Shown here in pieces: positions 16,538 through 27,006 of a stretch of 64,000 nucleotides of DNA (within the stretch, counting starts at the first letter, position 1; each line of letters begins with the position of its first letter). The translations under genes and the position numbers were made by a program. Below the pieces are notes generated by a model. It was given only the letters and a program-made list of their open reading frames with translations. It made no database searches and was not told the origin of the DNA. The stretch is taken from the sequence record NC_070952.1; one strand, 5' to 3'.

Positions 16538-18679
16538 TTAGAACAGATCGTTAGCCGTAGCGCGTTTGAAACTCACTTGATGATTAAAGTGTTCATGCAC
16601 TGCAAATAAAGATTCATCGAAGACTTCAGGCGGTGTAGGTTCAACATCGTAATAACTTTCAAACCCAGTTATCCCTGTTCCCCACAATCCTTTAACCGCC
16701 AGTGAGACACCGTCAATTTGAGTTGGTAATTTACCCCCACCCAAAAGAACCTCAACCTGCTCTCTACTCCACTCCATGATATCGATTGAACGAGACGTAA
16801 TGTTCTCTTCATTCCCGGTATCAAGATCAACCAGATAAACGAAGCATTCCATATCTTGACCGTTACGATAAATACGGGCAATGGTCTGTTTCAATTCATA
16901 GGAACGGAAAGGGGCGTTCATTAAAATGATTTGGTTTGCCATTAATAATGGGTAACCTTCTTTTAATGTGTTAAAGGTGGTATTCAGTATTTGAATCTCT
17001 TTATTGTCACGAAACTCTGTAACAACTTTATCGATGTCTTTACTGTTCTCACCGTGGACCGATAATGTCTTCATTCCCAGGTTAGCGAAGTAAGAAGTCA
17101 GTTCTCTAATGACGTCGATGTAGGACGTATAGATAAGTGTCTTTTTCTTCACCGCATTCACAAGCTCAGGCAGTTTAGCATGGGCAATGGTGTCACGCAC
17201 TGCATCCATCCTTGCACGCGACAGAACGCGTCCTAGAGCTTCTCCGCGTATCTTCAAGCTAAGGTATTTCACTGCTGATTTGATATTACGGAAATACTTA
17301 AGGTCATCACCCCGTAATTCATTCTCAAGCTTGGCTTCAACCTTATGACAGAACTTGGACTTGTCCGCATCAGTGAAATTGTTATACCCAAATTTCCTGA
17401 AGTATTCTACGGTATCGACATACTGCTGAAGTTCGGCTTCTTCTAATGCGTCACCTTTAATCCAGTTCCGGTAGTTGTCCACATACTTCTGCCAATCGGT
17501 ATTGTACTGTGGCAACACTTTATGGTAATAACTGACCCGTTCTTGAATGAAGTTCATCATCTCAGCACGAATAGCAGACAGCGTGTATTTCTCGGCACCG
17601 GGGAACGACACTGGCCACGGAATAGGTTCCGGTGGTTTACCCATGCCATTAACACTGGTGATAGTGAACTTGATCCGACCCAATCGGTGCGCAAGCATCT
17701 CATTTAAGAAGGCATTATCACGACCGTACATTTTGTTAAAGTCATCTTGAATATAACTATCAAAGAACTTATCAATGACTTTGAACAAGACGAAGGTTTC
17801 ACGACCTTGTGCTTTGATTGGGGTACCTGACATAAAGAGCACATCAGAAACATAAGGATGCGTTCCTAACTGAATCAACCCTTGTGACTGCTGGGATTTA
17901 AATTCATTGTAGTTATGTGATTCATCCACAATGATCTTAATCGGCTCTTTACCATTTTTAGAGATGGCATTGATCAACGGATCATATTCACCTGAGCGCA
18001 AGTTTTCTTTATAGATAATAAAGTAATCGCTGTCAGTGTGATTTAATGGGTTAGTGCCATCAAGTGACGTCCAGATCTTCGGTGGGACTTTAAAGTACTT
18101 ATTGGTCATCTCCTCAACCCAGGGATTATTCACCAGGTGTTTTGGAACTACGATGATAGTCTTATAGGAAGAAATCATTGCCGCCCAAACTAGGCTCGTG
18201 AATGTTTTACCTGACCCTGGCTCTGCATCCAATAAACAACCCCGAAGTTGATAACCATATTTGATCCGCGCATAGTCTTCCAGAAACTCGCGTTGATCCA
18301 AGTAAGGACTCAACTTAAAGTTCTTTAGCGCTTTGTCGACATTATACGGAGCGACTGTTTCAAACGTAGTCTTAATCCATGTTTTGGCTTTGATCTCATC
18401 GAACAGCTGCTTATACTTGTACATCCCAACACGGTAACGATCCACCTGTCGTTTATTCTTGTTGGTCGTAAAATGATCCAAGATCCAAGCTAATTCAACA
18501 ATGAAAAACTGGTGTATTCTAAAGCGACGGTTATTGACCTTTGTGATAATGCGGTTAAAGATAACCGAAGTCCCAAAGTTGGTGCGTAGGTCAGTCTCCA
18601 AGGCATTTAAATTTATACCGGTGACCACATAGTAAGAACCGACCTTTTCAACGCTTGGCGAAAAGTTAAAGAAATCCAT
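16538..18679 (-). CDS. SNF2-like SF2 helicase (phiKZ gp203-like)
   Basis: DAEPGSGKT, VDESH, MSGTP, QTIARIYRNGQ. Confidence 0.88.
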   Translation of the reverse strand: MDFFNFSPSVEKVGSYYVVTGINLNALETDLRTNFGTSVIFNRIITKVNNRRFRIHQFFIVELAWILDHFTTNKNKRQVDRYRVGMYKYKQLFDEIKAKTWIKTTFETVAPYNVDKALKNFKLSPYLDQREFLEDYARIKYGYQLRGCLLDAEPGSGKTFTSLVWAAMISSYKTIIVVPKHLVNNPWVEEMTNKYFKVPPKIWTSLDGTNPLNHTDSDYFIIYKENLRSGEYDPLINAISKNGKEPIKIIVDESHNYNEFKSQQSQGLIQLGTHPYVSDVLFMSGTPIKAQGRETFVLFKVIDKFFDSYIQDDFNKMYGRDNAFLNEMLAHRLGRIKFTITSVNGMGKPPEPIPWPVSFPGAEKYTLSAIRAEMMNFIQERVSYYHKVLPQYNTDWQKYVDNYRNWIKGDALEEAELQQYVDTVEYFRKFGYNNFTDADKSKFCHKVEAKLENELRGDDLKYFRNIKSAVKYLSLKIRGEALGRVLSRARMDAVRDTIAHAKLPELVNAVKKKTLIYTSYIDVIRELTSYFANLGMKTLSVHGENSKDIDKVVTEFRDNKEIQILNTTFNTLKEGYPLLMANQIILMNAPFRSYELKQTIARIYRNGQDMECFVYLVDLDTGNEENITSRSIDIMEWSREQVEVLLGGGKLPTQIDGVSLAVKGLWGTGITGFESYYDVEPTPPEVFDESLFAVHEHFNHQVSFKRATANDLF

Positions 18680-18697
18680 TATAGGGACCTATTCAGA

Positions 18698-19816
18698 ATG
18701 AAAGAACCACAAGTACATGAAATTGCTTTTGTAGATGACAACCATTACAATCTGTATTTGTTCTGTCGTCACCTGCAAGCGAATGTAGTAAATCCCGAGC
18801 GATTCGCTGTTGAGAAGCAAGAATATCGGGATCGTTACAAAGTATCCATTGGTAACCAGTTGTTCTATGTTGCGGCGGATTCGCTGAACAAACTGTGGCT
18901 GGAACTGGATAAAGGTTCGGTTAAAATTTATGAGATCTTGAAAAACAAGATCTTTGACGAACAAGAAATGCAATGGAACCCAGGTATCGATCTGTCTGGT
19001 CAAGAATTCCCTATCGATGAAGGTGATGAATTCTATTCATTGATTGGCCTGGACTACCTCAATGTGGAATCACGCATCAAAGGCATGATGACTGGCACTG
19101 CCACGACCATCACTGAAGTCGCCCATATCCTTAATAAAGAAATGGCGGCTGTCGCATTGAATACCGATATCGTAAAAGATTTCGATGGCATTGTGACTTT
19201 CCGTACTGAACCGGGCAAAGACTTTAACGTTGAACTGTGCTTTGATAAAATTAAGCCAGTTGATCCAGCAAACCAAGCCATTGAAATTCAACGTACCCCG
19301 GTTACTCCAGAAGACCTGAAAACATACTTCCCGGATGCTGGCGAAAAGATCCAATCGCGTTTGGCACATGTCAACAGTCTGGTGAAATCACTGTTCGAAT
19401 CAAAGCGTATTGCTGAATCAGAAATCCTGACCAAATACGCAGCGGGTTTGATTAACGGCGCACTGGTTCCAACCTTCCTGGATCTGAATGTCAACTACGT
19501 TATCTTCGGTGGACGTGACGACTGGTCATCTCCGGGGAAAGACACTCCGAACAACTTGGCGTGTTTCAAATACCTGGATGAAGAGATCGAAAAGATCTTC
19601 GAGATGCTGGAGAACATTCCATTGGAAGAAGGCGTGGAAGTTTGGTCAATGGATATCGATACCTTCGCTATCTTTGGTCGTAAAGATAACAAAGTCGTGA
19701 CTCCTGCACTTCAGGGTTATGTTGAGAATCTGCTGTTACCGTTCTCACAAGGATTTGAAAAGATCTTGACTCAGCGTTTGAGTCTGCTGGATACCCCACA
19801 TATCTTTAAAGCGTAA
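18698..19816 (+). CDS. hypothetical acidic protein, possibly structural
   Basis: 372-aa continuous ORF. Confidence 0.7.
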   Translation: MKEPQVHEIAFVDDNHYNLYLFCRHLQANVVNPERFAVEKQEYRDRYKVSIGNQLFYVAADSLNKLWLELDKGSVKIYEILKNKIFDEQEMQWNPGIDLSGQEFPIDEGDEFYSLIGLDYLNVESRIKGMMTGTATTITEVAHILNKEMAAVALNTDIVKDFDGIVTFRTEPGKDFNVELCFDKIKPVDPANQAIEIQRTPVTPEDLKTYFPDAGEKIQSRLAHVNSLVKSLFESKRIAESEILTKYAAGLINGALVPTFLDLNVNYVIFGGRDDWSSPGKDTPNNLACFKYLDEEIEKIFEMLENIPLEEGVEVWSMDIDTFAIFGRKDNKVVTPALQGYVENLLLPFSQGFEKILTQRLSLLDTPHIFKA

Positions 19817-19825
19817 CAAACATAA

Positions 19826-19859
19826 AACCCTTACCCTCCGTTTAGGAAGGGTAAGGGTT
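19826..19859. terminator. bidirectional terminator hairpin
   Basis: AACCCTTACCCTCC-GTTTA-GGAAGGGTAAGGGTT between convergent genes. Confidence 0.7.
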
Positions 19860-19862
19860 GTT

Positions 19863-20681
19863 TTATGAAAGCTTATCTTTTAATTCATTTGTACGGAACA
19901 TGTTTGATGCAATGGTTCTGTTGGTCTCTACTTTAACATTGTTAACACCAACTCTGAGATCGTTATAAACAGAAGTCACTGTTGTAACAATATCCCTGAT
20001 GAGACTAGCATCATACTCATCTTCTTTACTACGATACTTATTAACATCGCGTTTAAGCCAGACCGCCACCGATTCGGCATCTTTGGTGATATGACCTAAG
20101 ATCTTTAATAGGTCATTTGAGAAATAGATATGACTCAGAGTTTCCTTAAATCCAGCATGGCGTTTAAGGTCTTTAATGTCATAAATAATCCCATCAATAA
20201 GATTCACGAGTTCTTTTGGGACACCGCCATCAGCATAGAACGCGTTATTGTTTATCTTATTCAATAACTCATTCAGTCGATCAATGCCTGTATCACAACG
20301 ATCGTCTAACTCTCTTTTTGCGATGTCAGTCAGTTGATCAGATATTTTAGAAAAGAGTTCGTCGTACTTTGCTTTATTGGCTTTGTAGTCTTCCTCTTTA
20401 GCTCGATACTCTTTATCTATTTTATCTAATCTACCTTTTTCGTCGGTGATCCAACCAATAAATGCAATGATCATGTCCATGATCCATTTACCGGTTTTCT
20501 TGGCGCCTTTCTTAATGGTATCCAAGAAGCCCTCTTGTCCGGCAAAACAACCAGTGTCTTCAGCATGGATTTTAAGCACAGAGAAAGCATAGCGTCCATC
20601 ATCGGTAAGAGCACGACCCGAAGTAATGGATTCGCAACCACTTATCATGGTGGCAAAATGTTCAATATCAGATTGACTCAT
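19863..20681 (-). CDS. putative internal head/ejection protein, paralog of 15411..16466
   Basis: AGQEGFLDTIKKGAKKTGKWI. Confidence 0.6.
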   Translation of the reverse strand: MSQSDIEHFATMISGCESITSGRALTDDGRYAFSVLKIHAEDTGCFAGQEGFLDTIKKGAKKTGKWIMDMIIAFIGWITDEKGRLDKIDKEYRAKEEDYKANKAKYDELFSKISDQLTDIAKRELDDRCDTGIDRLNELLNKINNNAFYADGGVPKELVNLIDGIIYDIKDLKRHAGFKETLSHIYFSNDLLKILGHITKDAESVAVWLKRDVNKYRSKEDEYDASLIRDIVTTVTSVYNDLRVGVNNVKVETNRTIASNMFRTNELKDKLS

Positions 20682-20683
20682 TA

Positions 20684-21466
20684 TTACCTCAGCTTACTAG
20701 CTTCTTGAACCTGAAGCTGAAGAACACGGGTCAATTCGCTGAGCTGCGCCATCATCACACCAGTAAAGGTAATGTTGTCGATCAGATTGCTCACGGTACT
20801 ATTAACCAGAGTTACTTCTTTCTCATTCAAGATGACGGTGCTTGAATCAATTTTTGGTTTCAGGATATTAAGGATATTAATAACCTGGTTACCACGGGTC
20901 GCCACAATTTCAACATCACGTGATTTCAGTGAGTCAACAATTTTATTGAACTCAACTGCCAGCTCGTATGCACCGGAGAAGTTAGGGTACACCTCGTTAA
21001 CTGCACGAGTATACACACGGGAATCTTCCAGCACGTTTGTGAACTGTGCACGGGTTTCGTTGATCAGGATACTTCCATCTACATTGGCCAGCGTAAAAGG
21101 AACTTTACCGGTAGCTGCGATGGTTTTTAATCCACGGTAAACTTGATCAGTTTGGGTGTCGACCAGTTTCAAAAGTGGAACCGTTTTTAAGATATATTCA
21201 ACGTAGTTTTTGAACGATACCTTAGCGGGGTTAAACATTACTGGAGTCGGGATATGTTTGGTAGACACATCAAAATAAACATTCGATGCACCTAACTTAT
21301 TCCAAATCTCAATCCCCTCAACCTTATGGATAGATTTGTTGAAATTGCGTGCGTTAAAGGAATCAATCCCGACGCTAATCTCTTTAAAGAAAGAACTTAA
21401 TTTTTCTCCAACAGTCAGGGCTTCATTTCCCTCAACTGTACCAGGAGCTATAATTTCTGTAGTCAT
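20684..21466 (-). CDS. probable virion/head protein
   Basis: N-terminal EGNEAL motif; upstream of the head-protein paralog. Confidence 0.5.
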   Translation of the reverse strand: MTTEIIAPGTVEGNEALTVGEKLSSFFKEISVGIDSFNARNFNKSIHKVEGIEIWNKLGASNVYFDVSTKHIPTPVMFNPAKVSFKNYVEYILKTVPLLKLVDTQTDQVYRGLKTIAATGKVPFTLANVDGSILINETRAQFTNVLEDSRVYTRAVNEVYPNFSGAYELAVEFNKIVDSLKSRDVEIVATRGNQVINILNILKPKIDSSTVILNEKEVTLVNSTVSNLIDNITFTGVMMAQLSELTRVLQLQVQEASKLR

Positions 21467-21535
21467 GCTATGGCAAACTCCACTAGTGTGCGTAATACGA
21501 AACGTTTCATAACATTTAACGAAAGGGTTCTATAA

Positions 21536-23011
21536 ATGCTGAGTGCATTGAATTTCTTAAAAGACTACGGCGCAGAGTCTAACCTGCAAATTGGTTTTAA
21601 CACTTCCCCAATCTTTGATATGTTGACCACGTCGATGATCAAAGGTAAAAATGGCGTCTGGTATCAGAACGGTGGATTGATGCCAATCAATGCGCTGGCA
21701 GGCGGTAACAACACGCAGAAAACCGGTAAGACGGTAAAGGATGTTGCGAAGACACTGCACCGGTTTAGAAACTCCGTTATCCTGTATGGTGACACTGAAT
21801 CAACCCTGGACATTTCCCGTTTAGCAGAAGAAGTCGATCGTCTGTTTGACGAGGAAGGGTATTTTGCTGAACATATCGAAGATGTGCGTTTCCACTACAT
21901 GCCTAACTCAGCGGGTATTGATGGCACTGAGCTTCACAACAAAGTCATCGAGATCTACAAAACGATCACTGCGTTAAGTGAAAGCAAAGACAAAGCCGAT
22001 CAAGAAGCGTATCGTCAGCTGTTCATGGATACTCCGTTCTGGTCAGAGAAGAACCAGAAGTACATCCAGGTCATGCAACCTATCCTCTTCATCTGTGACT
22101 CGATCTCAGAAGTGATGTTTGACAACCTGATGTTCAAACAGTTCGATGAAGGCGAGATGGATGAAGGCGGTAAGAAACGTACCCGTGATATGGAGATCGG
22201 TAACCTGCGTCGTATCTTGATGACAGATGCCTGTATCTTAGGACCGCGTGTTGGTATGCGTTCATACTGGATTGCACAGTCTGCTGATGTCATCAACATG
22301 GATGGTCGTCCTAAAGAAAAAGACTCTACCTTCCTGCGTCACAATAAGAAGCTGGCCGCACCGAAGGCGATGTTGAAGTTACCGCACATCGGTATTGAGA
22401 TCATTAAAGGCACGCCAATGAAGCAGCCTGATCACTCGGTCATGTATCCGCGTGGTAAAGACTCAACCATGTCTTCTAATGCTCGCTCCAACCCTGAGCT
22501 GGTTCAGTACTTCACAACCACCTTCCGTAACAAGTCGGGTTCTTCTGGTGGGGACCTTGCTTTTGTTGCAGGTCAGGCAGAAGGTATCCTTGAATCGTTG
22601 TCGATGTATGACTCTTTGAAGGACAATAAATACTTTGGTCTGGAAGGATCTGCACAGCGTCATTCTTGTGGTTTGATGCCGGATATTTCTATTATGCGTA
22701 CCACGGTGCGTGAGTTATTGGAAGGTGAAAATGCCAATCCAAAACTTCAACGTGCTATTGAAATCTGTTGGCAGTTGTGGTTCATGCAAACATTCTGGGA
22801 GAACTTCCCAAGCGAATGGTCATTAACCCCCTCTGAAATTTACGCTAAAGGGAAAGAACAAGGGCTGGACTGGGACGATGTCCTGGAGAACACAGTCTAC
22901 TTCTGGCACGATAACCCTGAGCATATTAAGAAGCATACATTAACCGTTTACGAATTGATGGAGATCGTTGTAGGCGGTAAGAAACCATATTGGATCAAGG
23001 ACAAGAAATAA
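21536..23011 (+). CDS. uvsX: UvsX/RecA-like recombinase (phiKZ gp152-like)
   Basis: Variant Walker A GGNNTQKT, YGDTESTL, Walker B FICDS, YWIAQ. Confidence 0.8.
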   Translation: MLSALNFLKDYGAESNLQIGFNTSPIFDMLTTSMIKGKNGVWYQNGGLMPINALAGGNNTQKTGKTVKDVAKTLHRFRNSVILYGDTESTLDISRLAEEVDRLFDEEGYFAEHIEDVRFHYMPNSAGIDGTELHNKVIEIYKTITALSESKDKADQEAYRQLFMDTPFWSEKNQKYIQVMQPILFICDSISEVMFDNLMFKQFDEGEMDEGGKKRTRDMEIGNLRRILMTDACILGPRVGMRSYWIAQSADVINMDGRPKEKDSTFLRHNKKLAAPKAMLKLPHIGIEIIKGTPMKQPDHSVMYPRGKDSTMSSNARSNPELVQYFTTTFRNKSGSSGGDLAFVAGQAEGILESLSMYDSLKDNKYFGLEGSAQRHSCGLMPDISIMRTTVRELLEGENANPKLQRAIEICWQLWFMQTFWENFPSEWSLTPSEIYAKGKEQGLDWDDVLENTVYFWHDNPEHIKKHTLTVYELMEIVVGGKKPYWIKDKK

Positions 23012-23389
23012 ATGTTAGAGTTTAGTTACGATTATTCCGTTTTGGTTATTTCAGAGCCCGACTTCGCCCCGACTGTAAAAGACGAAGTGACTTACTTCGA
23101 GAAGCTGGATGCTTGGCTGGAAAAACGTTCAGCAGATCGTAACTTGCGCAAAGTGAGTGTAACCGGTCGTTATGGTGCGAACACAGAAACACTGCTTGAT
23201 GTTGATGACAAGAATAAAACGTCTTTCCTTAAGTCACTCGATGATCATTTGAATCAGTTTGATGAAGTCATCATCATCACTAACTTCGAGAAAGATATGT
23301 TTATCGACTCATTAGCCAATCGACTAACCGAAATCTCGAAGCCTTTCACTATTTATGGCTACGAGACTCGAGGTTATGAAAAACCGTAA
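23012..23389 (+). CDS. hypothetical protein
   Basis: Starts immediately after the UvsX stop. Confidence 0.65.
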   Translation: MLEFSYDYSVLVISEPDFAPTVKDEVTYFEKLDAWLEKRSADRNLRKVSVTGRYGANTETLLDVDDKNKTSFLKSLDDHLNQFDEVIIITNFEKDMFIDSLANRLTEISKPFTIYGYETRGYEKP

Positions 23390-24053
23390 AGAGATTGAAA
23401 GTGACATCTTGGCATTAGCTAAAGACTTCACGAAAGGTGGTGGAAACCACAAGGTGTACTCCGAACTGTTTGCTCGTCTTAGTGACGAGCAATTCGCTCA
23501 ATTCTGGAACAACATCTGCGACATGAGTTTCATTCCAATGTTCGTGGATAACTTTGATATGCGAGAAACGATTGATTACGATCATACCGTTAAGCTTGCT
23601 AAGAAGTTAGATATTCCGCTTGAGCAACAAGTTATCTTCACTGACCCAGATACTGGGCTGGAACACACCACACCGGAAACAGCTATCGTTGGTATCGCTG
23701 AAGTGCGTAAGCAGCGTCAGTTACAGGCCAAGAAGTTTGGTGCATCCAAACACGACTATAATGTCGAAGACCTCACAGGACAACCTACGGGCGATTCTCG
23801 TGCAGGGGGTATCTCTAACCCAGAGATCCAAGTTCTTCTGTCATTAGGCCTTCCTACGTTGGCTAAAGAGCTTGCCGATGCCCGTGGTGGGGATGTGGGT
23901 GCGTACCGTGCCTACAAGAACGATATCTTGACAACTGGGGTCACCACAACGGAATCAGCGCTGCAGCGAGGTACTGGGGTGAAGTCACTGCAGACAGCTC
24001 ACTTCCTGTTACTCGGTCAGCATATCGACAACGACTTGATGGCGCGTGACTAA
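23355..24053 (+). CDS. virion RNA polymerase beta subunit, C-terminal fragment (phiKZ gp149-like)
   Basis: DLTGQPTGDSRAGGISNPEIQVL matches beta LTQQP..G..Q.GG.R.GEME. Confidence 0.85.
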   Translation: MATRLEVMKNRKEIESDILALAKDFTKGGGNHKVYSELFARLSDEQFAQFWNNICDMSFIPMFVDNFDMRETIDYDHTVKLAKKLDIPLEQQVIFTDPDTGLEHTTPETAIVGIAEVRKQRQLQAKKFGASKHDYNVEDLTGQPTGDSRAGGISNPEIQVLLSLGLPTLAKELADARGGDVGAYRAYKNDILTTGVTTTESALQRGTGVKSLQTAHFLLLGQHIDNDLMARD

Positions 24054-24535
24054 TGGAACAAGAAGTTATTGAACTTACCCCCATTGAACGACTGATCGCT
24101 TTTTATAGTGAAGAGTTGTTTAATGAAATTGTGATCAACCGGGACAGTACCAGTTTCTGGGAGAAAGCAAACTCCTATCTGTTTGAGAACGCGTTAACCT
24201 CGTTTCGTGAAGGGGTTAAGAGTTTACGGGAAGGCATGGTTGAAGATAAAGACATGTTCAACTACTTCAGTGCATTTTGTTTCCGTATCTTTTCTCAACC
24301 CTTCACGGATCCCGCTCTGAGTGTTTTCTCAGAAGGGTTCAATGAAATCGCCGATGATCCGGTCTTCTTTAAAGAAGCGTTTCAATGGAACACCAAGGCT
24401 CTCAGTACCATAGAGGTCCTGTTGCTCTTCCTGTGTGTTCATCGTAATAAGATCACCATTATGCTGGATACCCGTATCAGAACAGAAAGAGCAGCGGCTG
24501 CAGAAACCAGGGCGGTAAAAGGAGGTAAACGATAA
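24053..24535 (+). CDS. hypothetical protein
   Basis: TAATG coupling. Confidence 0.65.
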   Translation: MEQEVIELTPIERLIAFYSEELFNEIVINRDSTSFWEKANSYLFENALTSFREGVKSLREGMVEDKDMFNYFSAFCFRIFSQPFTDPALSVFSEGFNEIADDPVFFKEAFQWNTKALSTIEVLLLFLCVHRNKITIMLDTRIRTERAAAAETRAVKGGKR

Positions 24536-25266
24536 TGTCGACTATCTCCTGCTTTACCAATCTGGATTCGCTGTTTGACCCTCGTCGAGGGATCATTACA
24601 AAAGTGGCGTTGGAAAGTGGTAACACCAAGTTCAATTGGAATACCAACATGGCGGAGGTGTATAAACGTCGCCGCTATGATTATTTCAACCAGCCGGAGT
24701 TAGGGATTACTCAGGAGAAGTACGAAGCACGGTATGCAGCAAGGACCATTAATGACTTTGCTGACGAAACCCAGTGTTACTTCTATCCGAGTAAACTTAT
24801 CCGCAGCATGTTCCGTATGGTACGTGAAGTGGAGTTCGGTGTGGGACAGATGTTATCGGTTTCTACTTTCTCCGTAACTGTTAACTTATATCCCTATACT
24901 TTGACAACGGAATTGTTAGATGAATTAGAATCCGTCATTCGTGGTGCGGTTCCATTTAACATCTCTCTATCTTTTGTAAAGATACCGTATGATGAATTAA
25001 CTCCTTCGGTATTGAACGGATATCAGTATGTCTTTATCTACGATTTCTTAATCGGTAAAGACTACAAAGTGTATTGGGAAAATTACGCAGCTTCCAGTGG
25101 TTCCACTGTGAAGTTCTTCGTTCCCGATATGCTTGTTTACAAAGAACTTCCTGAAGAAATGAGACGCGAAGAGCCGATCGAGACTATAGGAAAACTGAAC
25201 GTTACTCAAGGCGGTAAAATAACCTGGGTACCATGCCTAAAAACCATATTCGATTATTCGGAATAA
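24535..25266 (+). CDS. hypothetical conserved-type protein
   Basis: GGAGG RBS; TAATG coupling. Confidence 0.7.
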   Translation: MSTISCFTNLDSLFDPRRGIITKVALESGNTKFNWNTNMAEVYKRRRYDYFNQPELGITQEKYEARYAARTINDFADETQCYFYPSKLIRSMFRMVREVEFGVGQMLSVSTFSVTVNLYPYTLTTELLDELESVIRGAVPFNISLSFVKIPYDELTPSVLNGYQYVFIYDFLIGKDYKVYWENYAASSGSTVKFFVPDMLVYKELPEEMRREEPIETIGKLNVTQGGKITWVPCLKTIFDYSE

Positions 25267-25273
25267 GGTCATC

Positions 25274-25301
25274 CTCCAGAGAGCCTCACGGCTCTCTGGA
25301 G
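25274..25301. terminator. bidirectional terminator hairpin
   Basis: CTCCAGAGAGCC-TCAC-GGCTCTCTGGAG between convergent genes. Confidence 0.7.
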
Positions 25302-25314
25302 ATGTTGTTTGCTC

Positions 25315-25941
25315 TTAGGAGTTTTCAGCGTCAAAGTCTTCTGGCATTTTTTCACTGGTATTGATTCGTTGTTCAGGGTCAATCTCGAAAGCTTCTTCGA
25401 TTTTCTTACTGTCAAGAATCTGACGACCTTGGAACTTCTCTTCTTCACTGATCTCTTCATCCGGGTTATCGGTTTTGAAGAGCTTATGCTCAGCGAATGG
25501 ATCCAGTGGCATTTGGAATTCAGCGAAGGTAGGCATTACCAGACGACCAGCAGAAACTTCGTTCAGTGCATTGACAAAGGTAGCGAAGCTGGCTTTGTTG
25601 TCTTCCAACTCACGGTCACGCAGACGTTCTTTACGGTCGTCTCGCACTGACTTTTCCATTTGTCCTAACAGGGTGTTAATGGAATCCATCAACTTGGGAT
25701 TGTTTGGTTTATTGAGGAAAGTGGTGGTAGCGATATCCAAAATTAACTTACGTTGTTTCTGGACAATGTTAAGCAAACTCTTCTCATTGTCAACTGAATG
25801 ACCGGCGTTCAGGATTAACTGAATTTCATTGATCAGAGCTTCTTTCTCTTTTTCCTGCACTAACTTGTTTTCATCTTTGTGGTCGTTAGTGTAGACCGGC
25901 GGATGAATACTGTCTTCTTCATCGTACATGTTCTGCTCCAA
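25315..25941 (-). CDS. hypothetical helical acidic protein
   Basis: 208-aa ORF (TTG start, or ATG at 25929). Confidence 0.65.
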   Translation of the reverse strand: MEQNMYDEEDSIHPPVYTNDHKDENKLVQEKEKEALINEIQLILNAGHSVDNEKSLLNIVQKQRKLILDIATTTFLNKPNNPKLMDSINTLLGQMEKSVRDDRKERLRDRELEDNKASFATFVNALNEVSAGRLVMPTFAEFQMPLDPFAEHKLFKTDNPDEEISEEEKFQGRQILDSKKIEEAFEIDPEQRINTSEKMPEDFDAENS

Positions 25942-25973
25942 TTCTTTTTAACCGGCCATTATGTTTGAGACTG

Positions 25974-25991
25974 ATATTATCAAAGTAGATA
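25974..25991 (+). promoter_or_regulatory. candidate phage early promoter motif (divergent match)
   Basis: ATATTATCAAAGTAGATA. Confidence 0.45.
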
Positions 25992-26040
25992 ACAGTGAAA
26001 TCTATTTCGATAATATTAATTAATAGACACGGAGTTATAA

Positions 26041-26595
26041 ATGTTTTTAGATAAGCTGTTAAACAAGATTCCGTATTTTCGCAATAGACGTATTGCTAAG
26101 ATGAAAAGAGATCTTGTTGACATCAAGAATAATTTCGCTAACGGGTTCTTTAATGATGAATTCCTCGTTAGTCTTCACAATATCGTAAATAGCCCTCTGA
26201 TCGCGTTTACAGAGGACATCGTATATGGGACGATGAAAGACATCACCTTAAGAACAAAGTCTTCGGTGAGTGCTTACACGCTGTTAGAAAAGAAGGTTTT
26301 TAAGAAGACAGAATTAGAGAGAAGTCCGTTGATCAGTATGAGCATGAACACGGGCTACTTTAATGAATGGTATTCTAATGAAGCATCGTTACTTAACTTC
26401 ATTGCGATACTCAAGCCATATTTAGCAGCACAGATATGGCTCAATAATAATCCAGAGTTTGAACTCCTCGAAGATGTCGATTTGTCTGAGTACGGTGAAA
26501 TAGATGTGGAGATGTATGACACTTTACTTTACAGACTGTTGCTTGAGGATCTGGTTAATATTATTTCATTTTACTTAGAGATACAGTATGAATGA
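26041..26595 (+). CDS. hypothetical protein
   Basis: GGAG RBS. Confidence 0.7.
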   Translation: MFLDKLLNKIPYFRNRRIAKMKRDLVDIKNNFANGFFNDEFLVSLHNIVNSPLIAFTEDIVYGTMKDITLRTKSSVSAYTLLEKKVFKKTELERSPLISMSMNTGYFNEWYSNEASLLNFIAILKPYLAAQIWLNNNPEFELLEDVDLSEYGEIDVEMYDTLLYRLLLEDLVNIISFYLEIQYE

Positions 26596-26998
26596 TAAAA
26601 AGAAACCGGTGCAGTACATCAAAAACAAGAACTTCGTTCCCTATGAGCAGTTGACTGACGCACCCAGCCGACAGTTCAGGAAGATTCTTGATGAGCTTGA
26701 TATTAATCAAGCCAAATGGAAAACCTATCTTGATGACTATCTTCGCGCTATACACCCTGATGACTCTGGTCCGGCTATGGAAGTTAAACGAGCCCGATCC
26801 ACTGCGCTAGGTAATATCCAGAGCACGTTATTTTGTTCACGTACTCTAAGTCATAACAAGTTCTTAATGGGCTTGAAGATACTCAAGATAAAAGAAGTCC
26901 TCATGGACATCACGGTGACAAAAGAATCTGGTGAGACTAAAACTGTATCAGAGAAAACCATCTTGATGAAAAGCTATGTAGACTTTTCGAAAGACTAA
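26588..26998 (+). CDS. hypothetical basic protein, possibly DNA-binding
   Basis: Overlapping start; K/R-rich. Confidence 0.65.
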   Translation: MNDKKKPVQYIKNKNFVPYEQLTDAPSRQFRKILDELDINQAKWKTYLDDYLRAIHPDDSGPAMEVKRARSTALGNIQSTLFCSRTLSHNKFLMGLKILKIKEVLMDITVTKESGETKTVSEKTILMKSYVDFSKD

Positions 26999-27006
26999 TC
27001 AGATAC

